This document shows positions 18,539 to 27,847 of a stretch of 64,000 nucleotides of DNA, piece after piece. Source of the DNA: Candidatus Ozemobacteraceae bacterium (lineage in GTDB: Bacteria > Muiribacteriota > Ozemobacteria > Ozemobacterales > Ozemobacteraceae); contig OZ223236.1 of assembly GCA_965140445.1 (NCBI GenBank), positions 192,001 through 256,000 of the forward strand. The letters run 5' to 3'. The notes under the pieces are model-generated. The model had not been told where the DNA came from. It saw only the letters and a program-made list of their open reading frames with translations, and made no database searches. Numbering within the stretch: position 1 is the first letter of the stretch; the number at the start of each line of letters is the position of its first letter. Position numbers and translations under genes: made by a program.

Positions 18539-20086
18539 TTAAAACCTTGCCAAATAACTAAACTGTAAACTTTTTTCTTCAAGATTGTTCTGCATAAATA
18601 CTTTGTGCTTTTCGTTATTTTCCTGATACCCCAATTCAAGCGAGTGATTTTGAGAAAAAACTTTTTCCACTGCAATTCTCCAGGTTGTACGAATATATGA
18701 AGAATAAAGGTAATTCTCATTTTGATCATAGTCTTTATCCAAATACTCATCTTTCATACGAAAAACTAGAGAGTTTGTAATGAAATAATCGTAGCCAAAA
18801 GTTGCCCGCATTTCTGAATCATCAGCATAATCAGCTCTCGGCTGGTCGAAGGCGCGTTTCTGGCCAGCAACTACCAGGCTTGCTAGAGACTTCCCAAATT
18901 TGTAAAATCCCTCATAAATTAGACTATTAGTCTTGTAATCTTCTTCTGGTGCAGAGGTAAAATTATATGCTTCGTTAATAAAAGTTAACTGCTGAAAAAA
19001 GTTTTCTGCCGTTTCAAATGAAGACGACAAGGAGAAATAATTGTTAGAGAAATCGTGTAGGAAATAAAGATTTGTCTCTTTTTCATAATCTCTCTTTGAA
19101 AACCGATCATTGACTCTTAAACTGATATCCTGCCCAATTTCGTATGTAGCTTCAAATTCTCCCGCAGTTTCATTAAAACCATTATCAATTTTTAGCCTGT
19201 CCTGACTTATAAAATCAGCTACAAATCTCAAATAAAGATCGCCACGTGTCTTTTTTCTTGTGTATTTTGCTCGCGGGTCATCGTCTCTTGGATCTCTTAC
19301 ATAATTTGTATAGTAATTAACGGCATTTTTAGCGCTCATGCCATTAGGGTAATTTTCAAACAGGCTCTTTTCGCCTCTTATGGAATTGGCTATCGGAGTA
19401 TATGTTTCGTAGCCTGGCATAAAAGTAGTTAACTCAAAACGCGCTGTACCTTCTCTATAGTTGGCTTCAATGTCATTTGCATATTCTCTTTCCTCATATC
19501 CACCTATTATTGAGAGACAAGTGCGCTCAGAAAATTCATGGCTGAAAAGCGCTTTTCCAATATTTGACGAAGCCTTCCATACTGAATAATCATTTACATC
19601 GAAGCTTTTATTGTAAAAATCCAGCTTGAAAAAGTCATGATCCCCAGCTGCAATTCCCCAGGTGAGATTAAATTGATGGTCAAGATACTTGTATCTAAAA
19701 GAGTCATAAGATTTTGACAATGGATCCCCAGGATCATAATTCTGGTAAAACAATGTCTCTTTAAAATCCAGAAACTGGGTTTCATTTAAATCGCCTCTTA
19801 AGGCTAAAAACATATTATTTTCTGTACCAAAGAAGCTTTCATCCCGTTGCGAGGCAACACTTTTTAATTGGGGGGAGTCAACTTCATAAAAGGTTTTAAA
19901 ATATTCGGTACGTTTGCTATCAATTGTGTTTCTTGAATCAAAATCAAAATCCAGACGAAAAAAATCGTCTGCTGAAAATGCAGGAAATGCAACAAATACC
20001 AAAAATGCCAAAAGGAACCCGGTAATCCTTAAAGCCTTTCTGTGTCTCATATGTTGTGTCTCTTTTGATGTGTTTTTTGTAGGCAT
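18539..20086 (-). CDS. Putative outer-membrane beta-barrel protein
   Basis: Signal peptide, Tyr/Phe-rich alternating strands, C-terminal LQFSYLARF. Confidence 0.65.
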   Translation of the reverse strand: MPTKNTSKETQHMRHRKALRITGFLLAFLVFVAFPAFSADDFFRLDFDFDSRNTIDSKRTEYFKTFYEVDSPQLKSVASQRDESFFGTENNMFLALRGDLNETQFLDFKETLFYQNYDPGDPLSKSYDSFRYKYLDHQFNLTWGIAAGDHDFFKLDFYNKSFDVNDYSVWKASSNIGKALFSHEFSERTCLSIIGGYEEREYANDIEANYREGTARFELTTFMPGYETYTPIANSIRGEKSLFENYPNGMSAKNAVNYYTNYVRDPRDDDPRAKYTRKKTRGDLYLRFVADFISQDRLKIDNGFNETAGEFEATYEIGQDISLRVNDRFSKRDYEKETNLYFLHDFSNNYFSLSSSFETAENFFQQLTFINEAYNFTSAPEEDYKTNSLIYEGFYKFGKSLASLVVAGQKRAFDQPRADYADDSEMRATFGYDYFITNSLVFRMKDEYLDKDYDQNENYLYSSYIRTTWRIAVEKVFSQNHSLELGYQENNEKHKVFMQNNLEEKSLQFSYLARF

Positions 20087-20117
20087 TTAGTTCTCAATTC
20101 AAACCTTTGCGAGTCTC

Positions 20118-20144
20118 TATTCGGCATGAATTAGAATATTCTGA
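20118..20144 (-). promoter_or_regulatory. Putative sigma28-type promoter
   Basis: Minus strand TCAG-N15-GCCGAATA, 32 bp upstream of start at 20086. Confidence 0.5.
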
Positions 20145-20175
20145 ACGAATTTTTAGAGCTTTTTTTATTGGGGTC

Positions 20176-20204
20176 TTGTCAAATTAATCTGAGAAAGGTA
20201 TTTT
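20176..20204 (+). promoter_or_regulatory. Putative sigma70 promoter of the sigma54 activator gene
   Basis: TTGTCA-17 bp-TATTTT. Confidence 0.45.
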
Positions 20205-20231
20205 CTAACTGTTGTTCAGGAGCCTTTTATT

Positions 20232-21674
20232 ATGACTAATTCAATCAAGCCAAGATTACTTTTACCTCACACACAAAATATTCTTGTAAAAGCAGATGGT
20301 AACGATCTGCTTCTTGTTGAATTCCCGGAGTGGCTAAGCAATTATCTGGGGATATCTCATCAAAGCATCATTAACTCCAGCATAAATGGAATTTTAAAAT
20401 CGCTTTTACCTGAAATGTCGGAACTCATTCAACGAACCATGGAATCCAATAAACCCATCCGGGGCTATGAGATTTCAGTTGAAGACCAAAATCTGGTTGA
20501 GCATAAAATTACCGTAGATTCCGAATTCCTAAAAAAAGGTTCACAAGATTATGTAGCAGCTTACCTCCAGGAGATTCCGAGTTCTCTTTATTCGCATTCG
20601 AACCTGGAAGAGGCCTATTTTATGGGATTAGTTGGCGTAGCTCCAAAAATGCATAATGTTTTTAATAAAATTAGAATGTATGCAGTTTCAGAAGCTCCTG
20701 TTCTAATTACAGGAGAAACTGGCGCGGGCAAAGAGGGAGTTGCCGAAGCGATTCACAAATTAAGCAAACGCTCAAACAGACCTTTTATAACCATGAATTG
20801 TAGTGCCATAACAGACACATTGTTTGAAAGCGAGCTGTTTGGGCATGAAAAGGGTTCTTTCACCGGAGCAATAAAATCCCACAAAGGACGTTTTGAAAGA
20901 GCTCACACCGGAACACTTTTTTTGGATGAAATTGGTGATCTGCCACCAGCTTCACAGGCCAAACTTTTGAGGGTGCTTGAAACATCTACAATTGAAAGGG
21001 TTGGCGGTGAACAAAGCATTAAAGTTGATGTTCGCATTGTTGCTGCTACCAACAAGAATCTTGAAATAGAAAGTCTGCAAAACAATTATCGGTCAGACCT
21101 TTTCTACCGAATAAACGCCCTTCAAATAAAACTTCCACCATTAAGAGAGCGCACTGAAGATATAGAATATCTTATTGCACATTTTATCCGACTTTTAAAT
21201 GAGAGATATGACAGAGACGTTGTGTGTCTGACAAGGGAAGCATTAGAGCTAATAAAACAGTATAAATGGCCAGGCAACATCAGAGAGCTTAGAAATCTCA
21301 TGGAGAGACTTTTTGCCGAGAATCAAACAAGGGTCATTGGTCTTAAAGCTCTTAAAGAGTGGTATGAAGACCGAGTCGAGTTTCTTGCCAACAGCAAATA
21401 CGATCCAAACGTTACGGTTCTTCCTTATCAAAAGGCAATTCCTCTTGGAATGCCTACAATCTCAGATGCAAATCTGTTTTCAGAAGCAGAACCTCTTCAG
21501 CCATCATATTCTTACAACAATAAAAAAGAGTTGGACGAAGCTGACCTTAAAGAGGCTTATTTCAAGGCTGACGGAAATATTACCAAGGCCTCTGAAATTC
21601 TTGGAATACACAAAGCCACTTTCTATAGAACACTTAAAAACCTTAATTTAAGCAGAGAAGATTTAGAACGCTAG
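20232..21674 (+). CDS. Sigma54-dependent transcriptional activator (PAS-like, AAA+, Fis HTH)
   Basis: GETGAGKE, ESELFGHEKGSFTGA, FLDEIGD, WPGNIREL, GNITKASEILGIHKATFYR. Confidence 0.95.
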   Translation: MTNSIKPRLLLPHTQNILVKADGNDLLLVEFPEWLSNYLGISHQSIINSSINGILKSLLPEMSELIQRTMESNKPIRGYEISVEDQNLVEHKITVDSEFLKKGSQDYVAAYLQEIPSSLYSHSNLEEAYFMGLVGVAPKMHNVFNKIRMYAVSEAPVLITGETGAGKEGVAEAIHKLSKRSNRPFITMNCSAITDTLFESELFGHEKGSFTGAIKSHKGRFERAHTGTLFLDEIGDLPPASQAKLLRVLETSTIERVGGEQSIKVDVRIVAATNKNLEIESLQNNYRSDLFYRINALQIKLPPLRERTEDIEYLIAHFIRLLNERYDRDVVCLTREALELIKQYKWPGNIRELRNLMERLFAENQTRVIGLKALKEWYEDRVEFLANSKYDPNVTVLPYQKAIPLGMPTISDANLFSEAEPLQPSYSYNNKKELDEADLKEAYFKADGNITKASEILGIHKATFYRTLKNLNLSREDLER

Positions 21675-21698
21675 TCGCAACGTTGCAGCACCGTCGCG
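21674..21698 (+). promoter_or_regulatory. Candidate activator-binding site (UAS) 1
   Basis: GTCGCAACGTTGCAGCACCGTCGCG with GCAACGTTGC palindrome; 18/25 identical to 38835-38859. Confidence 0.6.
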
Positions 21699-21747
21699 CA
21701 ACTCAACCCTCACTTGGCAAAACTCGCATAAACAGTGAATCTAAAGT

Positions 21748-21764
21748 TTGGCATGGCATTTGCA
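21748..21764 (+). promoter_or_regulatory. Sigma54 -24/-12 promoter of Hsp20 pair 1
   Basis: TTGGCATGGCATTTGCA (GG-N10-GC). Confidence 0.85.
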
Positions 21765-21806
21765 ATATTAATAATCAAATGAAACCAATCACTTTGGAGG
21801 TCCAAA

Positions 21807-22232
21807 ATGTTTAATATGATACTTAAAGAACTCAACAATAATATCTTCAACTCTCGCAACGACTTGTTCCATAGTCCTTTTAAAACAGTTTTCAATACAG
21901 AGTCTTCTCCAAGATTTAATGTATCTGAAACAGAGAATGAGTTTCTCGTAGAAGCAGCTATGCCTGGCATTAATTCAGAAGAACTAAACATGAAAGTAGT
22001 TGCTCAAGATCTTAGTATTTCATACGAGAAAAAGGAAACTGAAGAAAAGGAAACTGAAAGAAAATACCACCTAATCGAAAGAAAAATCATTAACTTCAAA
22101 CGCACTTTCAGATTTCCAAAAACTGCAGATATGAATGCTATTAACGCAGAGTATAAAGATGGCATGCTCCGAATATCAATTGCAAAACAGGAAGAAGCCA
22201 AACCTAGAGAAATTAAGGTTGAAGTACACTAA
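21807..22232 (+). CDS. Small heat-shock protein (Hsp20)
   Basis: NVSETENEFLVEAAMPGI...ERK..FKRTFRFP...AEYKDGMLRISIAK. Confidence 0.93.
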   Translation: MFNMILKELNNNIFNSRNDLFHSPFKTVFNTESSPRFNVSETENEFLVEAAMPGINSEELNMKVVAQDLSISYEKKETEEKETERKYHLIERKIINFKRTFRFPKTADMNAINAEYKDGMLRISIAKQEEAKPREIKVEVH

Positions 22233-22249
22233 TAAAAGGAGGTAAAGCC

Positions 22250-22645
22250 ATGATTGAAAAAACAGTTCCCTCAAACGATCAACCAAATTCCAGTTACGAA
22301 AACACCAGAAAAGAAAGCCGCTTCATTAAGCCATCTGTAGATATTTGTGAAATGGAAAATGGGCTTAAATTGATTGCAGATCTTCCTGGCGTGGACAAAC
22401 AAAACCTCAGTATTAAAGTTGACGATGGAATCCTCAGCATTGAAGGTAAAATGAGCTGTAATGAAAATTCAAATCACATGATATTTGAAGAATTCGCTGG
22501 CGGGATCTTCTATAGACAATTTGAGCTTCCGGAAAAGGTTTCTCAAGAAGATATTGTGGCTGAACTGAAAAACGGTGTATTAACTCTGCTTCTTCCAAGA
22601 AAAGCTGAAGAAAAACCAAGAGAAATCAAAGTAAATATAAAATAA
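22250..22645 (+). CDS. Small heat-shock protein (Hsp20)
   Basis: PSVDICE...ADLPGVD...FYRQFELP...AELKNGVLTLLLP. Confidence 0.93.
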   Translation: MIEKTVPSNDQPNSSYENTRKESRFIKPSVDICEMENGLKLIADLPGVDKQNLSIKVDDGILSIEGKMSCNENSNHMIFEEFAGGIFYRQFELPEKVSQEDIVAELKNGVLTLLLPRKAEEKPREIKVNIK

Positions 22646-22662
22646 ATCAAACTCTTAAATTG

Positions 22663-22703
22663 CAAAAGAGCGCTGCCTTAATTGGCGGCGCTCTTTTGTT
22701 TTT
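22663..22703. terminator. Probably bidirectional intrinsic terminator
   Basis: CAAAAGAGCGCTGCC/GGCGGCGCTCTTTTG stem between convergent genes. Confidence 0.85.
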
Positions 22704-22719
22704 GCAGTTACAAGCTGAA

Positions 22720-25062
22720 TCAGTGAGATTCTTCAGGCGCGCCTTCTTCTGGTCCATTCATTTCTGAATTTTCAGAACAGGCAACACCAACCTGATTTCT
22801 TCCATTTCTTTTTGCTACATACAAAGCTTCGTCGGCAAGTTTTATCATCTCCATCGCGTTTTCAGCCGGATGGAGCGGAATAGAGCTGAGTCCTATACTG
22901 ACAGTAACCTTCAACGGGCCTTTAGGACCTTCAAAGGAGGCTTCTTCAATTTTTTGTCTCAGGCGCTCAGCAAATAAATACCCACCATCAAAATCGGTTT
23001 CAGGTAGAATTACGGCAAATTCTTCCCCGCCATATCTGGCAGCAATATCAGTGTCTCTAACGGCTTCACGAACAACGCGGGCTACTTCCCTTAAAACCAG
23101 ATCGCCAACTTGGTGGCCCCAGGTATCGTTAAACTTTTTAAAGTGATCGATATCGGTCATTAAGTATGAAAGATCTTTTCCATAACGTTTAGCTCGTCGG
23201 AATTCTTCTTCCATTTTCGCCTTAAAGTGTCTTGGAACAATCAGTCCTGTCAAGCCGTCAATAGTCGCCAGATTAAACAGTCTGGCTTTTTCGATAACGA
23301 CAGCCGCCTGATTAGCCATAGTAATTGCAAGTTGAAGGTCCTCTTCAGAAAAGCGCCCATCATTCTTATTAACTATATTCATAACACCGATTGAGTCCTG
23401 CTTAACCAGAAGAGGGACGCAGATCATGGAATTTGTAACAACCTGATCACCATCTTTTTGTGCAAAACTTCTGTCACGTCTTACATTCTGAACCAATCTG
23501 GCTTTTCCAGAGCTGTAAACTTCGCCTGCAATGCCTTTTCCGCTCTTAAACTGCTCCATCAGAGCTGAATCAAGAACAACCTCTCCTTCTACTCCAAAGA
23601 AGTTTGCCCGTTCAACCAGCTCTTCATATCTATCATCAATCATGAAAATTGAACCGCGCTTTGCACCAAGAACCTGAACAGCTCTGCTTAAAATAGCATC
23701 CAGAGTTTTTGGCAGGCTTCCCATAAAGCTAACAGCTTTACTGACTTCATTTACAATGGCAAGCTCTCTAACTTTTCGAGCCAGTTCATAATTCTTCTGT
23801 CTCAAGGAAACAAACTGCTGTATCAATCTGGTCAAAGCCCACTGAATAGGCAACATTGAGGCAATTGGAACAATTTCAACGACCAGATCGAAATCAAATA
23901 AAATAACTCCGAAAATTCCCCATCCAGACACAAGGCCAATCACCGCCATATTGCCCCAGGCACCGGAGTATTTCCAGAGGATGTAGCCGGTGAGCAAACC
24001 AAAAATAAGCAAAAACAAAATACTGGTTCCAACCTGAGAACGCCTGAGAAAACGTCTGTTTAATATGTCATAAAGAAGATTGGCATGGATTTCCATACCA
24101 GAAAGAGCTCCAAAAGGGCAAAACTTAACATCTTCAGAAGTGCCTTTTGCTCTCGTCCCAATCAAAACCAGTCGATTGTCGAAAAAACCTGGAGGAAACT
24201 TTTCCTTCATTACATCAGCATAGCTAATCTCATCAAAGTGGCTTGTTCCGCCTGCGTAATTTAGCAGGTAAGATGGCATGAATTCGCCCGCAACACTTTC
24301 ATAACTGTAGTGATAAGGAAGGAAGCGATCTCCAACTACAACTCCATCACTACGATATTCTGGATTGAGTCCAAGATAGTTTGCAGCTGCTACAAGTCCA
24401 AAAGCACTGCTAACGTAGTTGCCAGCAGATTTATTTAGTAAAAGTTTTCTTATTACGCCATCAGGATTCAAAACCTGATACTCCAAATCAATAAAACCTT
24501 CATTAGCAACAGGTGACTGGAGCTCTGGAAGCGGTCTTTCAGGAACAACTTTCTCGACCATTTCAAAAGTTTCCGGGTCAAGAATCATTTTCTTTTTTAT
24601 AACCTGCGGCAAAACTACGTTGCCAAACTTTTTGACCTCGGCAAAGAAAATCTTATCATCTTCTTTGCCCATTACTGAAGGTTCGTTAAAAAGAACGTCG
24701 AAAGCTACAGTTTTTGCTCCTGCACGCCTTAAAATATCCAATAGCTTAGCGTGAGTAGCTCTTGGCCATGGCCAGGCACCGAGTTCAGCAATGCAGTCAT
24801 CATTTATGCTAATTAATGCTAAATCGTGGTTTCTAGGCAATTCGCCTCTCTGTTGGAATCTAAAATCAAGCGTAGCATTTTCCATTCGATTGAAAGCACC
24901 AAAATAGAAAAGTACCGAAAATGCTATGGCAAAAAATAAACCCAGCAATATTTCCCAGAGAGGAAACATATTCAATGGTTTTTCAGAAGAAAGACCGATT
25001 ATTTCATTGGCTTCAAAGAAATCGCTATCAGTCTTCTTTTTAGAACTCTGGCTCATGCTCAA
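22720..25062 (-). CDS. Diguanylate cyclase (CHASE2-3TM-GAF-GGDEF)
   Basis: LGAWPWPRATHA, DGVIR, GMEIHAN (CHASE2); RDTD I-site, RYGGEEF. Confidence 0.93.
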   Translation of the reverse strand: MSMSQSSKKKTDSDFFEANEIIGLSSEKPLNMFPLWEILLGLFFAIAFSVLFYFGAFNRMENATLDFRFQQRGELPRNHDLALISINDDCIAELGAWPWPRATHAKLLDILRRAGAKTVAFDVLFNEPSVMGKEDDKIFFAEVKKFGNVVLPQVIKKKMILDPETFEMVEKVVPERPLPELQSPVANEGFIDLEYQVLNPDGVIRKLLLNKSAGNYVSSAFGLVAAANYLGLNPEYRSDGVVVGDRFLPYHYSYESVAGEFMPSYLLNYAGGTSHFDEISYADVMKEKFPPGFFDNRLVLIGTRAKGTSEDVKFCPFGALSGMEIHANLLYDILNRRFLRRSQVGTSILFLLIFGLLTGYILWKYSGAWGNMAVIGLVSGWGIFGVILFDFDLVVEIVPIASMLPIQWALTRLIQQFVSLRQKNYELARKVRELAIVNEVSKAVSFMGSLPKTLDAILSRAVQVLGAKRGSIFMIDDRYEELVERANFFGVEGEVVLDSALMEQFKSGKGIAGEVYSSGKARLVQNVRRDRSFAQKDGDQVVTNSMICVPLLVKQDSIGVMNIVNKNDGRFSEEDLQLAITMANQAAVVIEKARLFNLATIDGLTGLIVPRHFKAKMEEEFRRAKRYGKDLSYLMTDIDHFKKFNDTWGHQVGDLVLREVARVVREAVRDTDIAARYGGEEFAVILPETDFDGGYLFAERLRQKIEEASFEGPKGPLKVTVSIGLSSIPLHPAENAMEMIKLADEALYVAKRNGRNQVGVACSENSEMNGPEEGAPEESH

Positions 25063-25096
25063 TATCCTGACTTTTTGTATTTTCTTAAAATGATAC

Positions 25097-25133
25097 AGGG
25101 GCTGTAATCAATATTTTATTGATTACAGCCCCT
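25097..25133. repeat. Perfect 17-bp inverted repeat (hairpin or operator)
   Basis: AGGGGCTGTAATCAATA-TTT-TATTGATTACAGCCCCT. Confidence 0.85.
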
Positions 25134-25143
25134 AGAAGTTTAA

Positions 25144-26229
25144 CTATTTATTTGTCTTTGCGGCTATTTGCCCTCTGAGCTTTTTCATTTCCTTAAAAGC
25201 TTCATGAAAGCTCTTGTCAGATCTCGGAAGCAGTTTCAAAGCTTCTTTATAATTTCGAATTGCCTTCTCAACTTTAGCCTGATCCCGAAGTTTATCGGCA
25301 CGATTTTTATAAAGGCGACCAAGGTTTTTTCTTGAGCTGAAAAATCTATCTTCGTAAACATTTACACCGCTATAAGCTGGAGCAAAAGGATCAGTTACAG
25401 TAAAGGAGGAGTAAAGATCCAACGCTTCCTCATAGTCTTTTACAGCCTGCTCCCAGGTTTCCTGAGTTTCAAATTCTTCTGTTTCAACGATTTCATTATC
25501 TTTCAGGTTACTGTTAATCTTTTCTTTCATCTGCTCAAGAAAAGCAGTATAAATTGAATCGTTTTGGTCCAGAATTTGTTGCGCACGTTTGAGCAGTTCT
25601 GAAGCTTCTTTGAAACGATTGGCAAAACAAGCTTTATAAATTTTTGCGAGATACGGTCTAATAATGTTTCTGCGACAATCAGTTAAAGCATTCGATATGT
25701 AAGAAATAAATCTATGATCATCAGGTAACCCGGAAACTTGTTTTAATGCATCCTGATATTCAAGAACAGCTTCTGCATAGTTTCCAGAGCGTCTAAAATC
25801 ATCACCTCTTTCTACAAATGGTGACAATTTAAGGTGAAGAGAATGATCTCTTTCTTTAATTCTGGCTTTATCCAATGAAACCTTAATTTCTTCGAGAAAT
25901 TCAACATTTTCTTCTCGAGCCAGTCTGGTCGCTTCTTCCAGTTCGTCTACAGCAATCTTAAAAGCTTTGTTTTCGAGAGCAGCAAGGCCCTTCTGGAAAT
26001 GGATCTTACCAAGATGCTCGTTAACTTCTTCAATACGCTCTTCCAACTGTTTTTTCAGAGCAACAACTTCTTCAGTCATAGGTGCATCAGGGTCCATTTC
26101 ATGCACAGCATTGAATTCTTCTATGCCATTCAAGTAACTTATCTTGGCAGCCCCCCAATCTTTTGTCTCTTTTCTGGCATCGCCATCATCAATGTAAGAC
26201 TGAATTAGCTGACTGTTTTCACTATTCAT
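25144..26229 (-). CDS. Cytoplasmic TPR-like helical protein
   Basis: GDDFRRSGNYAEAVLEYQDAL, KAIRNYKEALKLLP; AGGAG RBS. Confidence 0.75.
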   Translation of the reverse strand: MNSENSQLIQSYIDDGDARKETKDWGAAKISYLNGIEEFNAVHEMDPDAPMTEEVVALKKQLEERIEEVNEHLGKIHFQKGLAALENKAFKIAVDELEEATRLAREENVEFLEEIKVSLDKARIKERDHSLHLKLSPFVERGDDFRRSGNYAEAVLEYQDALKQVSGLPDDHRFISYISNALTDCRRNIIRPYLAKIYKACFANRFKEASELLKRAQQILDQNDSIYTAFLEQMKEKINSNLKDNEIVETEEFETQETWEQAVKDYEEALDLYSSFTVTDPFAPAYSGVNVYEDRFFSSRKNLGRLYKNRADKLRDQAKVEKAIRNYKEALKLLPRSDKSFHEAFKEMKKLRGQIAAKTNK

Positions 26230-26254
26230 TAATTTTCTCCTTAATTACACACCT

Positions 26255-27847
26255 TCATCTTAAACTAGCTGATTTCTTCATTCTTTCTGCCGCTGCTTTA
26301 GCGTCAAAAAAGGTTACTCCACTTCCTTCAGGGGCCCCGGCCTTATCATAAGCACTTGCCGCCTCCTGATAATTCTCAACTCGATAATGGATATAACCCA
26401 AAAGTGAATTGGCTTCCTCATTTGCCGGATCCAAAGCAATCATTCTTTTTATGCTCTTTTCGGCTGCCCCCCAATCCTGAAGCTGAACTTGTACAAGCGC
26501 AACGTCCCACCATATTTGCGGAACATCGCCAAATTCCTTTGTTAAAACTTTAAAATCCCTCAATGCCAAATTATATTTATCATCCTTCATTTTACGCAAG
26601 CCCTGCTGATAAATAGCGCTCTTTTTTAGAAGATTTAGTCTTTTGTTATTATCTGCTATTTCTATCTTTCTAGAAGGAAGGTTGGCCCGCTGCTTTTCAG
26701 ACTTGCGATTGTCAGTAGTTCCAACCACGCCGGAAAGGTCTATCTTCCCTTTCTTTTCAGCATATTCCATTAATGCATTGATCTTATCCCGATATGAAGT
26801 AGTAGGAAATGCTCCAAGAAAAGCCTTTGACCAGGCAATAACAGCTTCATGAACATTCAAAATAGCTCTTAACCTGATAGCTTCAAAATATGCATCTTCA
26901 ACAAAACTGGAAGTTGGGTGTTTTGTCAAAATCAGGTCATAGGTTTTACATGCTTCCAGAAATTCACCAAATCTGGCGGTATTGGAAGCCAATCTGAAAA
27001 GAACCGAATCCATTCCTGAGACTTCTACCCCGTCTTTTATCAAATCTTGATCACCGAGTATTCTAGAAGCTAATTGTTCCTTTTCAATCCCTTCAGCAGG
27101 TTTGATAAACAACATGTCTTTAAGAAGCTTCAACTTATAACTGGAAATCGTTGGCTTCGCAGCAGTAACTACAGGCTTCGAAATTTTAACCACTGGCTTT
27201 ACTTTTTTAGCAGGTTTCACAATTGGCTGTGGCTTTGATTGAAATTCTGGTTCAACTATCTTCTGTGAATTTTGCTGCTTTGGAACAGATGGTTTAGCTG
27301 CAACTTTTTCTACTTTTACAACCTTAACTTCTTTAGCCGGAACATAACTTTCTGTGGTTTCATCATCAAAATCATCAGCCATGTCTGCATATTTCTGAGA
27401 TTTCAGATAGGATTTTGCCAACTCAGCGTATGGGCTTTTCCTGAATTTTCTTAAAATTTCATTAAAATGGCGATTGGCACTTTTTGTCTCTCCAAGGCTT
27501 GATTCCGATTGCGCCAACCGATACATAGCTTCGGCCTTTTCCTCGTAGGAAGCAACACTTTTCAAGAGTCCGGAAAAAACAGACTTCGCCTGGGAAAATT
27601 TTCCTGAATCCATAAGACAGTCGCCAAGCATAAACCCGGCGAGATTCTTTTGCATTGGGTTATCAGCCAGTTCCAAAGCCTTTTTCAAGCTGGTCACTGC
27701 TGCGCTAACTGCGCCTTTACCCTTTTGCTTTAAAGCATCTGACATATAATCAGTAGCACGCTTTTCAGCATAAGCAAAGTTCATTGAAAAAACGCCGCTT
27801 CCTGCTATTAATGCAACAAGTAAAGATTTAATAAAAGTCTTTTTCAT
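26255..27847 (-). CDS. Exported TPR-repeat protein
   Basis: Signal peptide ending AYA; EAMYRLA...FNEILRKFRKSPYA and further TPRs. Confidence 0.8.
   Translation of the reverse strand: MKKTFIKSLLVALIAGSGVFSMNFAYAEKRATDYMSDALKQKGKGAVSAAVTSLKKALELADNPMQKNLAGFMLGDCLMDSGKFSQAKSVFSGLLKSVASYEEKAEAMYRLAQSESSLGETKSANRHFNEILRKFRKSPYAELAKSYLKSQKYADMADDFDDETTESYVPAKEVKVVKVEKVAAKPSVPKQQNSQKIVEPEFQSKPQPIVKPAKKVKPVVKISKPVVTAAKPTISSYKLKLLKDMLFIKPAEGIEKEQLASRILGDQDLIKDGVEVSGMDSVLFRLASNTARFGEFLEACKTYDLILTKHPTSSFVEDAYFEAIRLRAILNVHEAVIAWSKAFLGAFPTTSYRDKINALMEYAEKKGKIDLSGVVGTTDNRKSEKQRANLPSRKIEIADNNKRLNLLKKSAIYQQGLRKMKDDKYNLALRDFKVLTKEFGDVPQIWWDVALVQVQLQDWGAAEKSIKRMIALDPANEEANSLLGYIHYRVENYQEAASAYDKAGAPEGSGVTFFDAKAAAERMKKSASLR

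Noticed and set aside
21675..21806. CIRCE operator before the hsp20 genes
   Set aside because: No TTAGCACTC-N9-GAGTGCTAA here or at 38826-38980
22030..22058. 15-bp-period tandem duplication (KETE-EKETE) in hsp20
   Set aside because: Small in-frame duplication in a variable loop; ordinary
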